Assembly (NCBI GenBank): GCA_016931225.1
Contig: JAFGFE010000031.1
Span: 72,746 to 136,745 of the forward strand
Length of the DNA stretch: 64,000 nt
Reading direction: 5' to 3'
Origin: Candidatus Zymogenaceae bacterium
Lineage (GTDB): Bacteria; Desulfobacterota; Zymogenia; Zymogenales; Zymogenaceae
Shown: positions 54,571 through 63,692 of the stretch, one piece after another
How the letters are laid out: each line of letters opens with the position of its first letter
How positions within the stretch are numbered: the stretch's first letter is position 1
Made by a program: the position numbers and the translations under genes
Notes under the pieces: generated by a model
What the model was told of the DNA's origin: nothing
What the model saw: the letters and a program-made list of their open reading frames with translations, nothing else
The model's database searches: none

Positions 54571-55833
54571 ATGACGATACGCAAGGATTTTCTCACCCTC
54601 ACCCCGGCGGACGAATTTGAGACGTTGCTGGGTCGATATATCGCCGTTACGGGGGTGGAAACGGTCGAAACGCTGAACGCGACAGGCAGGGTGGCCGCAC
54701 ATGACGTTCGCGCACCGGAACAGGTGCCCCGTTTTTTTCGCTCAACGGTGGACGGATACGCCGTCGTCAGCGGAGACACACACGGCGCCGGATCGTCCAT
54801 CCCGGTTTACCTCGACCTGACAGGCGACATCCCGGTGGGCACCCCTGCCCACATCTCCCTGGAATCCGGCCAGGCGGTCCGGGTCGTCACCGGCGGCAGC
54901 ATCCCAAAAGGGGCCGACGCCGTCGTCATGCAGGAGTATACCGATCTCATAGACGATTCGACCCTGGAAATCAGAAAGGGAGTCGGTCATCTTGAGAACC
55001 TGGTCGTCCCGGGCGAGGATATGAAAGATAATGACGTGCTGGTGAATGGGGGGGTGAGACTTCGCCCCCATGATATCGGCGCCCTGTATGCCGCGGGAGT
55101 CTGCAGCCTTCGCATTCATGAGCGGCCCCGAGTCGCCGTCTTTTCCACCGGCAACGAGATCGTCGAGCCAAGTCTGTCTCCCCCGGAAGGCTGCGTGCGG
55201 GACATCAATACATACATCCTGTCTGCGGCCGTGATGCAGGCGGGGGGGGTGCCGATTCGTTTGGAAAACGCCCCGGACGACCTTGCCGTGATACAGGACA
55301 CCATCGCACGGGGCATCAAGGAGGCCGACCTGGTCCTCCTCTCCGGGGGGAGTTCCGTGGGGGCGAAAGACTTCACCCTCTCTGCCATCGACTCCCTGGG
55401 GGGGCCGGGTGTGCTGGTGCACGGCGTGGCCGTCAAGCCGGGGAAACCCACCATCTTCGGTATTGTTGACGACACCCCCGTTGTGGGCCTCCCCGGACAT
55501 CCGATGGGGGCGCTCGTGGTATTCCTCGCCTTCATTGCGCCGTTTATCAGGGGTATCGGGGGAGAGAAACATCCCGTTCCCTTTCCATCCCAGGTATCTG
55601 CACAGCTTTCTCGGAGCGTTCCCGGCTCGCCGGGGAGGCGTACTTTTATCCCGATATCGCTGACAGACGATAACGGAACCGATCTCCCGACGGCGACGCC
55701 CATGCTCGGAAAGTCCGGCATCATTACCACGATGATCTCAAGCCACGGGCTTTTGATGATTCCCGAAAACCGTGAAGGCTACGCCGGCGGGGAAAAGGTC
55801 ACCATATTCCGCTATGCGGATATCATCGGATAG
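54571..55833 (+). CDS. moeA: Molybdopterin molybdenum/tungsten transferase MoeA
   Basis: STVDGYAV, VVTGGSIPKGADAV, FSTGNEI and LSGGSSVGAKDF...VAVKPGKP. Confidence 0.85.
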   Translation: MTIRKDFLTLTPADEFETLLGRYIAVTGVETVETLNATGRVAAHDVRAPEQVPRFFRSTVDGYAVVSGDTHGAGSSIPVYLDLTGDIPVGTPAHISLESGQAVRVVTGGSIPKGADAVVMQEYTDLIDDSTLEIRKGVGHLENLVVPGEDMKDNDVLVNGGVRLRPHDIGALYAAGVCSLRIHERPRVAVFSTGNEIVEPSLSPPEGCVRDINTYILSAAVMQAGGVPIRLENAPDDLAVIQDTIARGIKEADLVLLSGGSSVGAKDFTLSAIDSLGGPGVLVHGVAVKPGKPTIFGIVDDTPVVGLPGHPMGALVVFLAFIAPFIRGIGGEKHPVPFPSQVSAQLSRSVPGSPGRRTFIPISLTDDNGTDLPTATPMLGKSGIITTMISSHGLLMIPENREGYAGGEKVTIFRYADIIG

Positions 55834-55849
55834 CGAAAGACGACGCAAT

Positions 55850-57790
55850 ATGTCCAAGCCGAAAAGAGACATATACCTGGAAAAAACGCCTCTGGATGAG
55901 GCGTTGGATCTGCTCGTCTCACACATATGTGTTGATGATCTTCTGGGTGAAGAGACCATCCCGACGGGTGACGCCTCGGGGAGGGTCACATCCAAAACCC
56001 TGTTCGCGAAGATATCCTCACCGCACTATCACAGCGCCGCCATGGACGGTGTGGCCGTGGACGCAAAGGACACACTGGGCGCCACCGAGTCCTCGCCCCT
56101 CGTCCTGACCGCGGGGGACGGGAAGGATTACCAGGCCGTCTACATCAACACCGGGGCGCCCCTCCCTGAAGATAAAAACGCCGTCATCATGATCGAGGAC
56201 GTAGACGTATTGGAAGACGGCACGATCGAAATAGTCTCATCCGCACTCCCCTATCAGCACGTCCGGGCGGTTGGGGAGGATACCGTCGCCACGGAGCCGG
56301 TTGTGGGACAGGGACGGCGGCTGCGCCCCTATGACGTCGGCGCGCTCATCAGCGCCGGCCACGCAGAGATACCGGTCAAGAAACGCCCCGTCGTCACCCT
56401 CATTCCCACCGGGAGTGAAATCATCGAGCCGACCGACACACCCCCGCCCGTGGGAAAGGTGTTTGAATCGAACACTGCCGTGATCTCGGCTCTCCTCAAA
56501 GAGGACGGCGCCGATCCCAGGCGATGTGACATCACCCCCGACGATCCGGAGATGTTAAGAAACGCCGTCTTGACTGCGGCCGCGTCATCGGACATGGTCA
56601 TCGTCCTGGCCGGGTCTTCCGCGGGAAGCAGGGATTACACCCGCTCGATCATTGAATCTCTCGGAACCGTCATAGTTCACGGCATCGCCATGATGCCGGG
56701 CAAGCCGACGATCCTGGGCGCAATCGGCGGAAAACCGGTTATTGGGCTTCCCGGATACCCGGTATCGGCGATTCTCTCGTATCGGTTTGTGATTCGTCCC
56801 CTCATCCACCGGATGCTGGGGCTGCCTGTGCCCGTCGATGACACGGTACCGGTGACGGTGCTCCGGGATATCCCGAAAAAGACCGGGAACGAAGAGCTTC
56901 TGCGGGTGCATATCGCCGAAATAGACAAAAGACTCGTCGCATCTCCGCTTCCCCGGGGGGCGGGCAACATCACCACCATGGTCCGGGCCGACGGCATCAT
57001 CAGAACGGCCGCCATGAGCGAAGGCCTCAAGAAGGGAGACACGGCCCCCGCGATTCTTCTGAAGCCGAAAACGGACATCATGAACGCCGTCATGATCATC
57101 GGGAGCCACGATATCAGCCTCGACCTGCTGTCGTCCCTGATGGGAAGCTTTCGCCTTCCGGTATCCCTGGCATCGGTAAACGTGGGAAGCCTGGGCGGCA
57201 TTATGGCGCTGAAGAACAGCGAATGCCACATGGCGGGCTCCCACCTCTTGGACGAAAAGACCGGAGAATACAACATTCCGGCAATCAAAAAATACCTGAC
57301 AGGCCATGACATATCCCTCGTAACCCTGGCCCACCGGCAGCAGGGCCTTATCGTGAAGAAGAATAATCCCCTGGGTATCCGGGACATCGCGGATCTCTTA
57401 CGGGACGATGTGGTCTTTGTCAACCGACAGCGGGGATCCGGAACCCGCATCCTGCTCGATTATCTGCTCAAGGCGGGCGGCATGGATGCGTCTGATATCA
57501 CCGGCTACGATCGGGAGGAATTCACCCACATGAACGTGGCGGTCCGGATCGCGTCGGGACGGGCCGACTGCGGTCTCGGGATACAGGCGGCGGCCACGGC
57601 CCTCGATCTGGATTTCATCCCGGTGGAGGAAGAGCGTTACGACCTGGTAATCCCGAAGAGACACCTTTCGCACTCAGGTGTGGCCTCGCTTCTCGAGATC
57701 ATCGCCTCCCCCGACTTCATCACCCGCCTGGAAGCCCTGGGGGGATACAGCGGACGGGACACCGGAAAGGACGTACCCCTTGCATCGTGA
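55850..57790 (+). CDS. moeA: MoeA fused to a C-terminal periplasmic-binding-protein-like (molybdate/tungstate-binding-type) domain
   Basis: The MoeA core has SAAMDGVAV, IPTGSEI and LAGSSAGSRDY...IAMMPGKP. About 230 extra residues follow (IIGSHD...NRQRGSGTRILLD...ADCGLGI). Start set to ATG 55850. Confidence 0.8.
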   Translation: MSKPKRDIYLEKTPLDEALDLLVSHICVDDLLGEETIPTGDASGRVTSKTLFAKISSPHYHSAAMDGVAVDAKDTLGATESSPLVLTAGDGKDYQAVYINTGAPLPEDKNAVIMIEDVDVLEDGTIEIVSSALPYQHVRAVGEDTVATEPVVGQGRRLRPYDVGALISAGHAEIPVKKRPVVTLIPTGSEIIEPTDTPPPVGKVFESNTAVISALLKEDGADPRRCDITPDDPEMLRNAVLTAAASSDMVIVLAGSSAGSRDYTRSIIESLGTVIVHGIAMMPGKPTILGAIGGKPVIGLPGYPVSAILSYRFVIRPLIHRMLGLPVPVDDTVPVTVLRDIPKKTGNEELLRVHIAEIDKRLVASPLPRGAGNITTMVRADGIIRTAAMSEGLKKGDTAPAILLKPKTDIMNAVMIIGSHDISLDLLSSLMGSFRLPVSLASVNVGSLGGIMALKNSECHMAGSHLLDEKTGEYNIPAIKKYLTGHDISLVTLAHRQQGLIVKKNNPLGIRDIADLLRDDVVFVNRQRGSGTRILLDYLLKAGGMDASDITGYDREEFTHMNVAVRIASGRADCGLGIQAAATALDLDFIPVEEERYDLVIPKRHLSHSGVASLLEIIASPDFITRLEALGGYSGRDTGKDVPLAS

Positions 57791-58808
57791 CACGAAAGAG
57801 ACGAGCATCCCCGTCGCCGGGCACGCACCCACAGATGGGTACTCCCGCACCATCGATTACATGCGTCTGTCCGTCACCGACCGGTGCAACCTCCGCTGCC
57901 GTTACTGCATGCCCGAGGAGGGGGTCACTCAGATCGGCCACGACGAGGTTATGCGGTTCGAGGAGATCGTCACCCTCGTTCGAGCCGCGGCGAGTGTGGG
58001 ATTTCAGAGGATTCGCCTGACAGGCGGAGAACCGCTGATTCGCCGGGATATCACGGAGCTCGTCCGGATGATCGGGGATGTGAAGGGCCTTACCGACCTC
58101 TCCATGACCACAAACGGAGTGCTCCTGGAGGAGAAGGCCGAGGAACTTTTCAATGCAGGCATACGCCGGGTGAACATCAGCCTCGATACGCTGGTGAGGG
58201 AAAAGTTCCTCCAGATAACCCGCAGGGACGAGTTCGATGCCGTCATGAGGGGAATCGATGCCGCGCTTTCCGCGGGCATGGATCCGGTAAAAATCAACGT
58301 TGTCCTGATTAGGGATTTCAATGATGATGAAATCTTCGATTTCATCGAGCTGACGAAAGATCGTCCCCTCTCAGTCCGGTTCATTGAATACATGCCGATG
58401 AACGGGACAAAGGATTGGAATAAACAACTGGTTGTGCCCCTGGATGAACTCAGAGCCGTCATCAAGACCCGACACGAGCTTGATGCATTGGACACACGCT
58501 CCGGGGCGGGACCGTCCGTGGATTTTAAGATTCCGGGATTTTCCGGCACCCTGGGATTCATCACACCGGTCAGCTGTCACTTCTGCGATCGGTGTAACCG
58601 TATCCGTGTCACGGCCGACGGGCGCATCAGGAGCTGTCTCTTCTCCGACGACGAGGCGCACATCCTTCCGCTCATCAGGGGGGGAAACGATCTTGAGTCC
58701 ATCGGCGATTTCATCCTGGAAGTGCTCAAAAACAAGCCGAAGAGGCACCACATATCCTCGGGCCGAATCAGAACGTGCCAGCGCTCCATGTCCGAGATAG
58801 GGGGGTGA
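57780..58808 (+). CDS. moaA: GTP 3',8-cyclase MoaA (radical SAM)
   Basis: IDYMRLSVTDRCNLRCRYCMP, the GGEPL motif and a C-terminal CHFCDRCNRIRVTADG cluster. Start proposed at TTG 57780, 8 nt after AAAGGA. An ATG at 57861 would truncate conserved residues. Confidence 0.8.
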   Translation: MHRDTKETSIPVAGHAPTDGYSRTIDYMRLSVTDRCNLRCRYCMPEEGVTQIGHDEVMRFEEIVTLVRAAASVGFQRIRLTGGEPLIRRDITELVRMIGDVKGLTDLSMTTNGVLLEEKAEELFNAGIRRVNISLDTLVREKFLQITRRDEFDAVMRGIDAALSAGMDPVKINVVLIRDFNDDEIFDFIELTKDRPLSVRFIEYMPMNGTKDWNKQLVVPLDELRAVIKTRHELDALDTRSGAGPSVDFKIPGFSGTLGFITPVSCHFCDRCNRIRVTADGRIRSCLFSDDEAHILPLIRGGNDLESIGDFILEVLKNKPKRHHISSGRIRTCQRSMSEIGG

Positions 58809-58809
58809 T

Positions 58810-59295
58810 ATGAAACTGACTCATATCGACGATCACGGTTCGGCGAAGATGGTTGACGTATCAGAGAAACCCAAGACGGAAAGGATCGCCGTCGCCGCAG
58901 GCAGGGTCCTGGTAACGCCTGAAACCTTTGCGCTCATCCGGGAAAACCGCATCAAAAAGGGGGATGTGCTGGCGACGGCACGCATCGCCGCCGTTATGGC
59001 GGCAAAGAAAACACCGGAGCTCATTCCCCTTGCCCACCCGATACCGATCAGCGAGGTATCGGCGGATTTTGAGCTCGATGAGGAACACTACGCCGTCGAT
59101 ATCACGGTGACCGCCCGCGCGGTCTGGCGCACCGGTGTCGAGATGGAGGCGATCGTGGGCGTCGTGACTGCGGCGGCGACCATATACGACATGGTCAAGG
59201 CGGTCGACCGCACCGCCGTGATTACGGACGTGAGGCTTTTGGAAAAATCCGGCGGTAAAAGCGGGACATTTATCAGAGAGGAGAACCGACCATGA
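58810..59295 (+). CDS. moaC: Cyclic pyranopterin monophosphate synthase MoaC
   Basis: THIDDHGSAKMVDVSEK, LIPLAHP and MEAIVGV...IYDM. Confidence 0.9.
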   Translation: MKLTHIDDHGSAKMVDVSEKPKTERIAVAAGRVLVTPETFALIRENRIKKGDVLATARIAAVMAAKKTPELIPLAHPIPISEVSADFELDEEHYAVDITVTARAVWRTGVEMEAIVGVVTAAATIYDMVKAVDRTAVITDVRLLEKSGGKSGTFIREENRP

Positions 59296-59774
59296 CACGT
59301 ACCGGAACGATTCTTTCCATCAACGTATCGGAAACCACAGGCGTGGTAAAGAAACCGGTCAGTGAGGTTGAGTTGAAGGAACAGTGGGGCATCGTGGGCG
59401 ACGGCCACGCCGGCCTCACGGACAGCCCCAAATATGCCCACCGACAGGTGAGTATGCTGGCCCAGGAGAGCATCGATACGGTGATTGAAAATGGGTATGA
59501 TGTCTCCGCCGGCAGCTTTGCGGAAAACATCACGACCAAGGGGCTCGACCTGGTGTCCCTCCCGGTGGGGACGATCATCACCACTAAAGACGGTATCGTC
59601 CTTGAGGTATCCCAGATCGGAAAGGAATGCCACGCCCCCTGCGCCATCTTCCGCGCCGTGGGAGACTGCGTGATGCCGAGGGAGGGAATTTTCGTTCGGG
59701 TTCTGAAGGGAGGAGTCCTGCGGGTGGGGGACGTCCTGACGGTATCGGCATCTTCCGGTGAGTTTGCGCAATGA
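59292..59774 (+). CDS. MOSC-domain protein
   Basis: ILSINVSE..G.KKP...GIVGDGHAG...RQVSML...GSFAENITT.GLD. ATGA overlaps with both neighbours. Confidence 0.7.
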   Translation: MTRTGTILSINVSETTGVVKKPVSEVELKEQWGIVGDGHAGLTDSPKYAHRQVSMLAQESIDTVIENGYDVSAGSFAENITTKGLDLVSLPVGTIITTKDGIVLEVSQIGKECHAPCAIFRAVGDCVMPREGIFVRVLKGGVLRVGDVLTVSASSGEFAQ

Positions 59775-60280
59775 GCGACACGAAGACACCGGACATCATC
59801 GCCTGTGTGCTGACCGTCAGCGACAAGGCGTCGGTGGGCAAAAGAGAGGATACCAGCGGCGCGGCCATCGTGTTTTACCTCGAAAAGATGGGGGCGCGTG
59901 TCGCGGGCGTTGAAATAGTCCCCGATGAGGTGGACCGTATCGCATCCCGCCTCGTCCATTTCGCGGATGAAAGAGGGGCAAACCTGATCTTGACCACCGG
60001 CGGCACGGGGCTTTCGCCCCGGGACGTCACGCCCGAGGCGACCATGCGCGTGATCGATCGGGAGATTCCCGGCATCCCCGAGACCATGCGTGCCGAAAGC
60101 CTGAAAAAAACGCCCCATGCCATGATCTCCCGGGCCGTGGCGGGAATGCGGGGTGAAACGATTATCATCAACCTCCCCGGAAGCCCGAAGGCCGTGATTG
60201 AATGCTTGGAGATCATCGCCCCCGCCCTTCCCCACGCCGTAAAAAAGGCCGGGGGCGACCCGGAGGACTGCGCCCGGTGA
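59771..60280 (+). CDS. mogA: Molybdopterin adenylyltransferase (MogA/MoaB family)
   Basis: LTVSDK, LILTTGGTGLSPRDVTPEA and INLPGSPKA. Confidence 0.85.
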   Translation: MSDTKTPDIIACVLTVSDKASVGKREDTSGAAIVFYLEKMGARVAGVEIVPDEVDRIASRLVHFADERGANLILTTGGTGLSPRDVTPEATMRVIDREIPGIPETMRAESLKKTPHAMISRAVAGMRGETIIINLPGSPKAVIECLEIIAPALPHAVKKAGGDPEDCAR

Positions 60281-60347
60281 TGGAGACTGTCCTTCCCGTG
60301 CCCCTGAACGCAAACCGGCATGGTACACCCCGACACCTGAATATCAT

Positions 60348-61238
60348 ATGATCGATCTTCACATACATACCGACGCCTCGTCCGACGGCGTGCATTCTCC
60401 GGATGAGATATTCCGGATGATCACAGACACCTTCGGATCGGCGGCCGCCCTTTCCTTTGCCGATCACGACAGCGTCCAAAACGTCCCCCGGGGGATTTCT
60501 CTTTCACATGAAACCGGCATCCCCTTCGTCTCCGGCGTGGAGCTTTCGGCGACACACAGCTCGACCGATGTGCACATCCTGGGATACGGTATCGATCACG
60601 AATCGCGTGCGTTGGTCAACCTTCTGGACGGAATGCTGGACAGGGCCCTGACACAGACCGAGCGACGGGTCGAGCTCTTACGGGCTTTGGGATTCGCGCT
60701 TGACAGCGAGGACGTCTTCAGCGAATCGAAGGAGAGAGCACCCACGGGGAGGAGCTTTCTTGCCGCCCTGAAGAAACGCACGGAAAACAAGCACAATCGA
60801 AAGCTCGCCCGCTACGTGGACGGGGATCGTTCCGACTCGCCGTCCTTGAATTTTTACCAGGACTACCTCGCCGGGGGGAAGCCGGCGTATGCGCCAATCT
60901 CCGGGACCGAAGCCGCCCGGATTATCGGGGTCATCCGGGAGGCGTCCGGCGTCGCAATTCTCGCCCACCCGGGAGAGTATACCGACGAGACGATTCATGA
61001 CATGATCGATCTCGGCATCGACGGCCTCGAGGTATGGTCGGGGCACCATGACGCGTCAGATAGAAACAAGATTCTCGACCTCGCCCGGACACGCGGTCTT
61101 CTCATCACCGCCGGGAGCGACTTTCACGGTAAAGCGGTTAAACCGAATATAGAGCTGGGAGTGGAAACGGACAACGAGGCGGAAATATACTCAGCCCTCA
61201 TCACAGCCATACGGCACAGACGAACTGCAACGGAGTAG
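60348..61238 (+). CDS. PHP-domain phosphoesterase (TrpH/YciV-like)
   Basis: MIDLHIHTDASSDG, FADHDS, GVELS, AHPGEY and GSDFHG are the metal-ligand motifs of the PHP fold. Confidence 0.75.
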   Translation: MIDLHIHTDASSDGVHSPDEIFRMITDTFGSAAALSFADHDSVQNVPRGISLSHETGIPFVSGVELSATHSSTDVHILGYGIDHESRALVNLLDGMLDRALTQTERRVELLRALGFALDSEDVFSESKERAPTGRSFLAALKKRTENKHNRKLARYVDGDRSDSPSLNFYQDYLAGGKPAYAPISGTEAARIIGVIREASGVAILAHPGEYTDETIHDMIDLGIDGLEVWSGHHDASDRNKILDLARTRGLLITAGSDFHGKAVKPNIELGVETDNEAEIYSALITAIRHRRTATE

Positions 61239-61240
61239 AT

Positions 61241-62548
61241 ATGCTCTCTGAAACCCTCAAACATAAAACGCGACCCGTGGTGGCATGCGATTTCGACGGA
61301 ACCATCAGTGTTGGGGATGTCAGCTATCAGATGCTGCAGAAATTCTCCCACGGCGGGTGGGAGGACATCGACGTCAAATACATCAACGGCGAGATCGGCT
61401 CCCGGGAGGCGTTCTCCCGGATCCTCGAACGTCTCAACGCAACCAAGCAGGAGCTCGAGCGCTCCGTGCCCGAGATGATGACCATCGATCCGGGTTTCGG
61501 TGAATTTTATCGGATCATGAAGGAGCGGGGCGTCGATGTTGTCATCGTCAGCGACGGATTCAAATTCTACATCGATATACTCCTTGAACGGGAGGGGCTT
61601 TCCGACATCCCGATATATGCGAACGATATCGAGGACGGCCCGAACGGGAGGCTCGTGCCGCTCTTTCCCCATCACAACGATGAGTGCGACCGATGCGGCA
61701 ACTGCAAGCGGTGCGTCATCAAAGAGCTTCGAAACACATACGATTATGTCGTCTACGCAGGCGACGGTTATTCCGATCGCTGCCCCGCCCAGGACGCCGA
61801 TACCCTGTTCGCAAAGAAATATCTCTATCGATTTGCGGCAAAAAACAGGATTCCCGCATTTCACTTCAACGATTTTTCCGACGTCCTCAGGGGATGTACA
61901 AAGAGCATCAACGGCGTGATATTCGACCTGGATGAAACCCTGGTGAACTCCCTTGACGCCATACGCACCTCGTTCAACCACACCATCGACACCCTGGGAG
62001 TGGAGATCGACCGGGAGGCGGCGTTCAAGGAGATGATGCACTGGCCCCTGAACGTCTCCATGGAGAATATCTTCCCCAACATCGACGTCTCCCAGGCGGT
62101 GAAGATATTTCGAGAGAAATACTACGCCATCTACAAGGAGATGACCCCGGTAAAGAATGGGATCGGCGATATCCTCGAGGGGCTCAAGGCCCGCGGCATC
62201 GGGGCGGCGATCGCCACCAACAAGCACGGCCCCTATGCCCGGGAGCTGGTGAAGCATCTCGGCATCGACACCTATTTCGTCGACATCATCGGCGCGGGCG
62301 ACGTGAAGGAGCCCAAGCCCGCCCCGGACATGATCGAGGCGGCGCTCACTGCCCTGGGAACCGACCGGGAACATGCGGTCTTCGTGGGCGATTCCATCGT
62401 GGATGTGACCACGGCGAAACATTCGGATATCGATATCTACGCCCTGGCGGAATCCATCCACACGCCCGAGGAGCTGGCCCACCATACGCCCACGAAAATG
62501 TGCCACAATACCCTGCAGCTGAAAGAGGCCCTCCTGGGAGACGTATGA
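61241..62548 (+). CDS. Tandem HAD-superfamily fusion of an MtnX-like phosphatase domain and a Gph/PpaX-like phosphatase domain
   Basis: Domain 1 has VACDFDGTIS, SDG and a DECDRCGNCKRC Cys motif with AGDGYSD. Domain 2 has VIFDLDETLVNS, ATNK, KPAPD and FVGDSIVD. Confidence 0.7.
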   Translation: MLSETLKHKTRPVVACDFDGTISVGDVSYQMLQKFSHGGWEDIDVKYINGEIGSREAFSRILERLNATKQELERSVPEMMTIDPGFGEFYRIMKERGVDVVIVSDGFKFYIDILLEREGLSDIPIYANDIEDGPNGRLVPLFPHHNDECDRCGNCKRCVIKELRNTYDYVVYAGDGYSDRCPAQDADTLFAKKYLYRFAAKNRIPAFHFNDFSDVLRGCTKSINGVIFDLDETLVNSLDAIRTSFNHTIDTLGVEIDREAAFKEMMHWPLNVSMENIFPNIDVSQAVKIFREKYYAIYKEMTPVKNGIGDILEGLKARGIGAAIATNKHGPYARELVKHLGIDTYFVDIIGAGDVKEPKPAPDMIEAALTALGTDREHAVFVGDSIVDVTTAKHSDIDIYALAESIHTPEELAHHTPTKMCHNTLQLKEALLGDV

Positions 62549-63045
62549 AGGATTCACCCCGCACAGGCTCATTCGTGGCCGCCGCCGGGCGGGATGAACA
62601 CATCCTCTTCGCCTCGGCCTTTCCCGGATTCGTCCGCCCCCTGGATGACGATCTTCTGTTCATCAGGGATCACGGCGTGGGCGCCATCGTCACCCTGACC
62701 CAGGAATCGCTTCTCTTGCCGCTCAAGTTCCGCCCCTATTTCGTACAGCTGCACCTGCCGGTGGAAAACCTGGAGCCGCCGACCCAGTCCCAGCTGGATC
62801 GGTTCGTTGACTTTGTAGACGAGCAGTTCGACCGGGACGTCAACGTGGTCGCCCACTGTCTTCTGGGCGTCGGACGGACCGGCACCGCCATCGCCGCGTA
62901 CCGGGTCAGCCGTGGGGAGGACCCGGAAACGGCCATATCCGAACTGCGGCGGATCCGAAACTTCATCGAAACGCCCGAGCAGGAGGAAGCCGTCAATCGC
63001 TTTTACGATCGGCTCAAAAAGCGCGGCGCCCTGCCGAAGGAGTAA
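62545..63045 (+). CDS. Cys-based dual-specificity/protein-tyrosine-phosphatase-like protein
   Basis: P-loop VVAHCLLGVGRTGT (HCX5R). ATG 62545 overlaps the upstream stop (ATGA). Confidence 0.75.
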   Translation: MKDSPRTGSFVAAAGRDEHILFASAFPGFVRPLDDDLLFIRDHGVGAIVTLTQESLLLPLKFRPYFVQLHLPVENLEPPTQSQLDRFVDFVDEQFDRDVNVVAHCLLGVGRTGTAIAAYRVSRGEDPETAISELRRIRNFIETPEQEEAVNRFYDRLKKRGALPKE

Positions 63046-63096
63046 CATGGGCCGTTTCGCCCCTTCACTCATCCCGATGACGACGGAACGAGATAC

Positions 63097-63134
63097 AAAA
63101 AAACCCCGATGTCTTCACACGCCGGGGTTTTTTT
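63097..63134. terminator. Bidirectional terminator between convergent genes
   Basis: A7-CCCCG ... CGGGG-T7. The GC stem is extended by A/U pairing, and the 14-nt loop is rather large. Confidence 0.45.
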
Positions 63135-63152
63135 CACATATTGGGGGCGGCA

Positions 63153-63674
63153 TCAGGTCTTGCCCAGGTAGGTGGCCGCCTTCTCCGGTGTCTTTCCCTT
63201 GATGACCTCGTGGTAGTATTTGTAGGTCATGGGAGTGCCCTCTTTCAGGATCTCCGCATACTGCGGCTCTCCGATGAAGAGGGTATGGGTCTCAACCTCG
63301 ATGGAATCAACCACCTTCGCCTCAATATACGACAGGGCGTTTTCCGTGATCACCGGGCACCCGGTCTTGCCGATGATGTGTTCCGCCTTGGCGCATTTAT
63401 CCACATCGCGACCACACTTGAAGCCGAACAGCCCGATGAACGGAAAGGGCGTCTCCTGGTCCAGGATCGAAACGGCGAATAGACCGCTTGCGGTGATGAA
63501 TTCATGCGTGTAGTTTTCCCGGTTGATGGATGCCACGATCCGCGGCGGATCGGCGCTGACCTGAAATATGGTATTTGCTATCTGTCCGTTATACGCACCG
63601 TCTCTTACGGAGCTGACCACGTACAGACCGTAGCTCAACTGCCACAAGACCCGCTTATCGCCTTCCAGTGTCAT
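63153..63674 (-). CDS. Flavin reductase-like FMN-binding domain protein
   Basis: About 173 aa with the split-barrel pattern (LSYGLYVVSS...NGQIANT..QVS..PP). Sits downstream of a flavodiiron gene. AAGGA SD present. Confidence 0.65.
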   Translation of the reverse strand: MTLEGDKRVLWQLSYGLYVVSSVRDGAYNGQIANTIFQVSADPPRIVASINRENYTHEFITASGLFAVSILDQETPFPFIGLFGFKCGRDVDKCAKAEHIIGKTGCPVITENALSYIEAKVVDSIEVETHTLFIGEPQYAEILKEGTPMTYKYYHEVIKGKTPEKAATYLGKT

Positions 63675-63692
63675 GATACATCCTTTATTATA

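Noticed and set aside
61124-62572. 482-aa minus-strand ORF
   Set aside because: It is antisense to the HAD-HAD fusion, whose motifs are unambiguous. Its composition is low-complexity G/V/D/H-rich.
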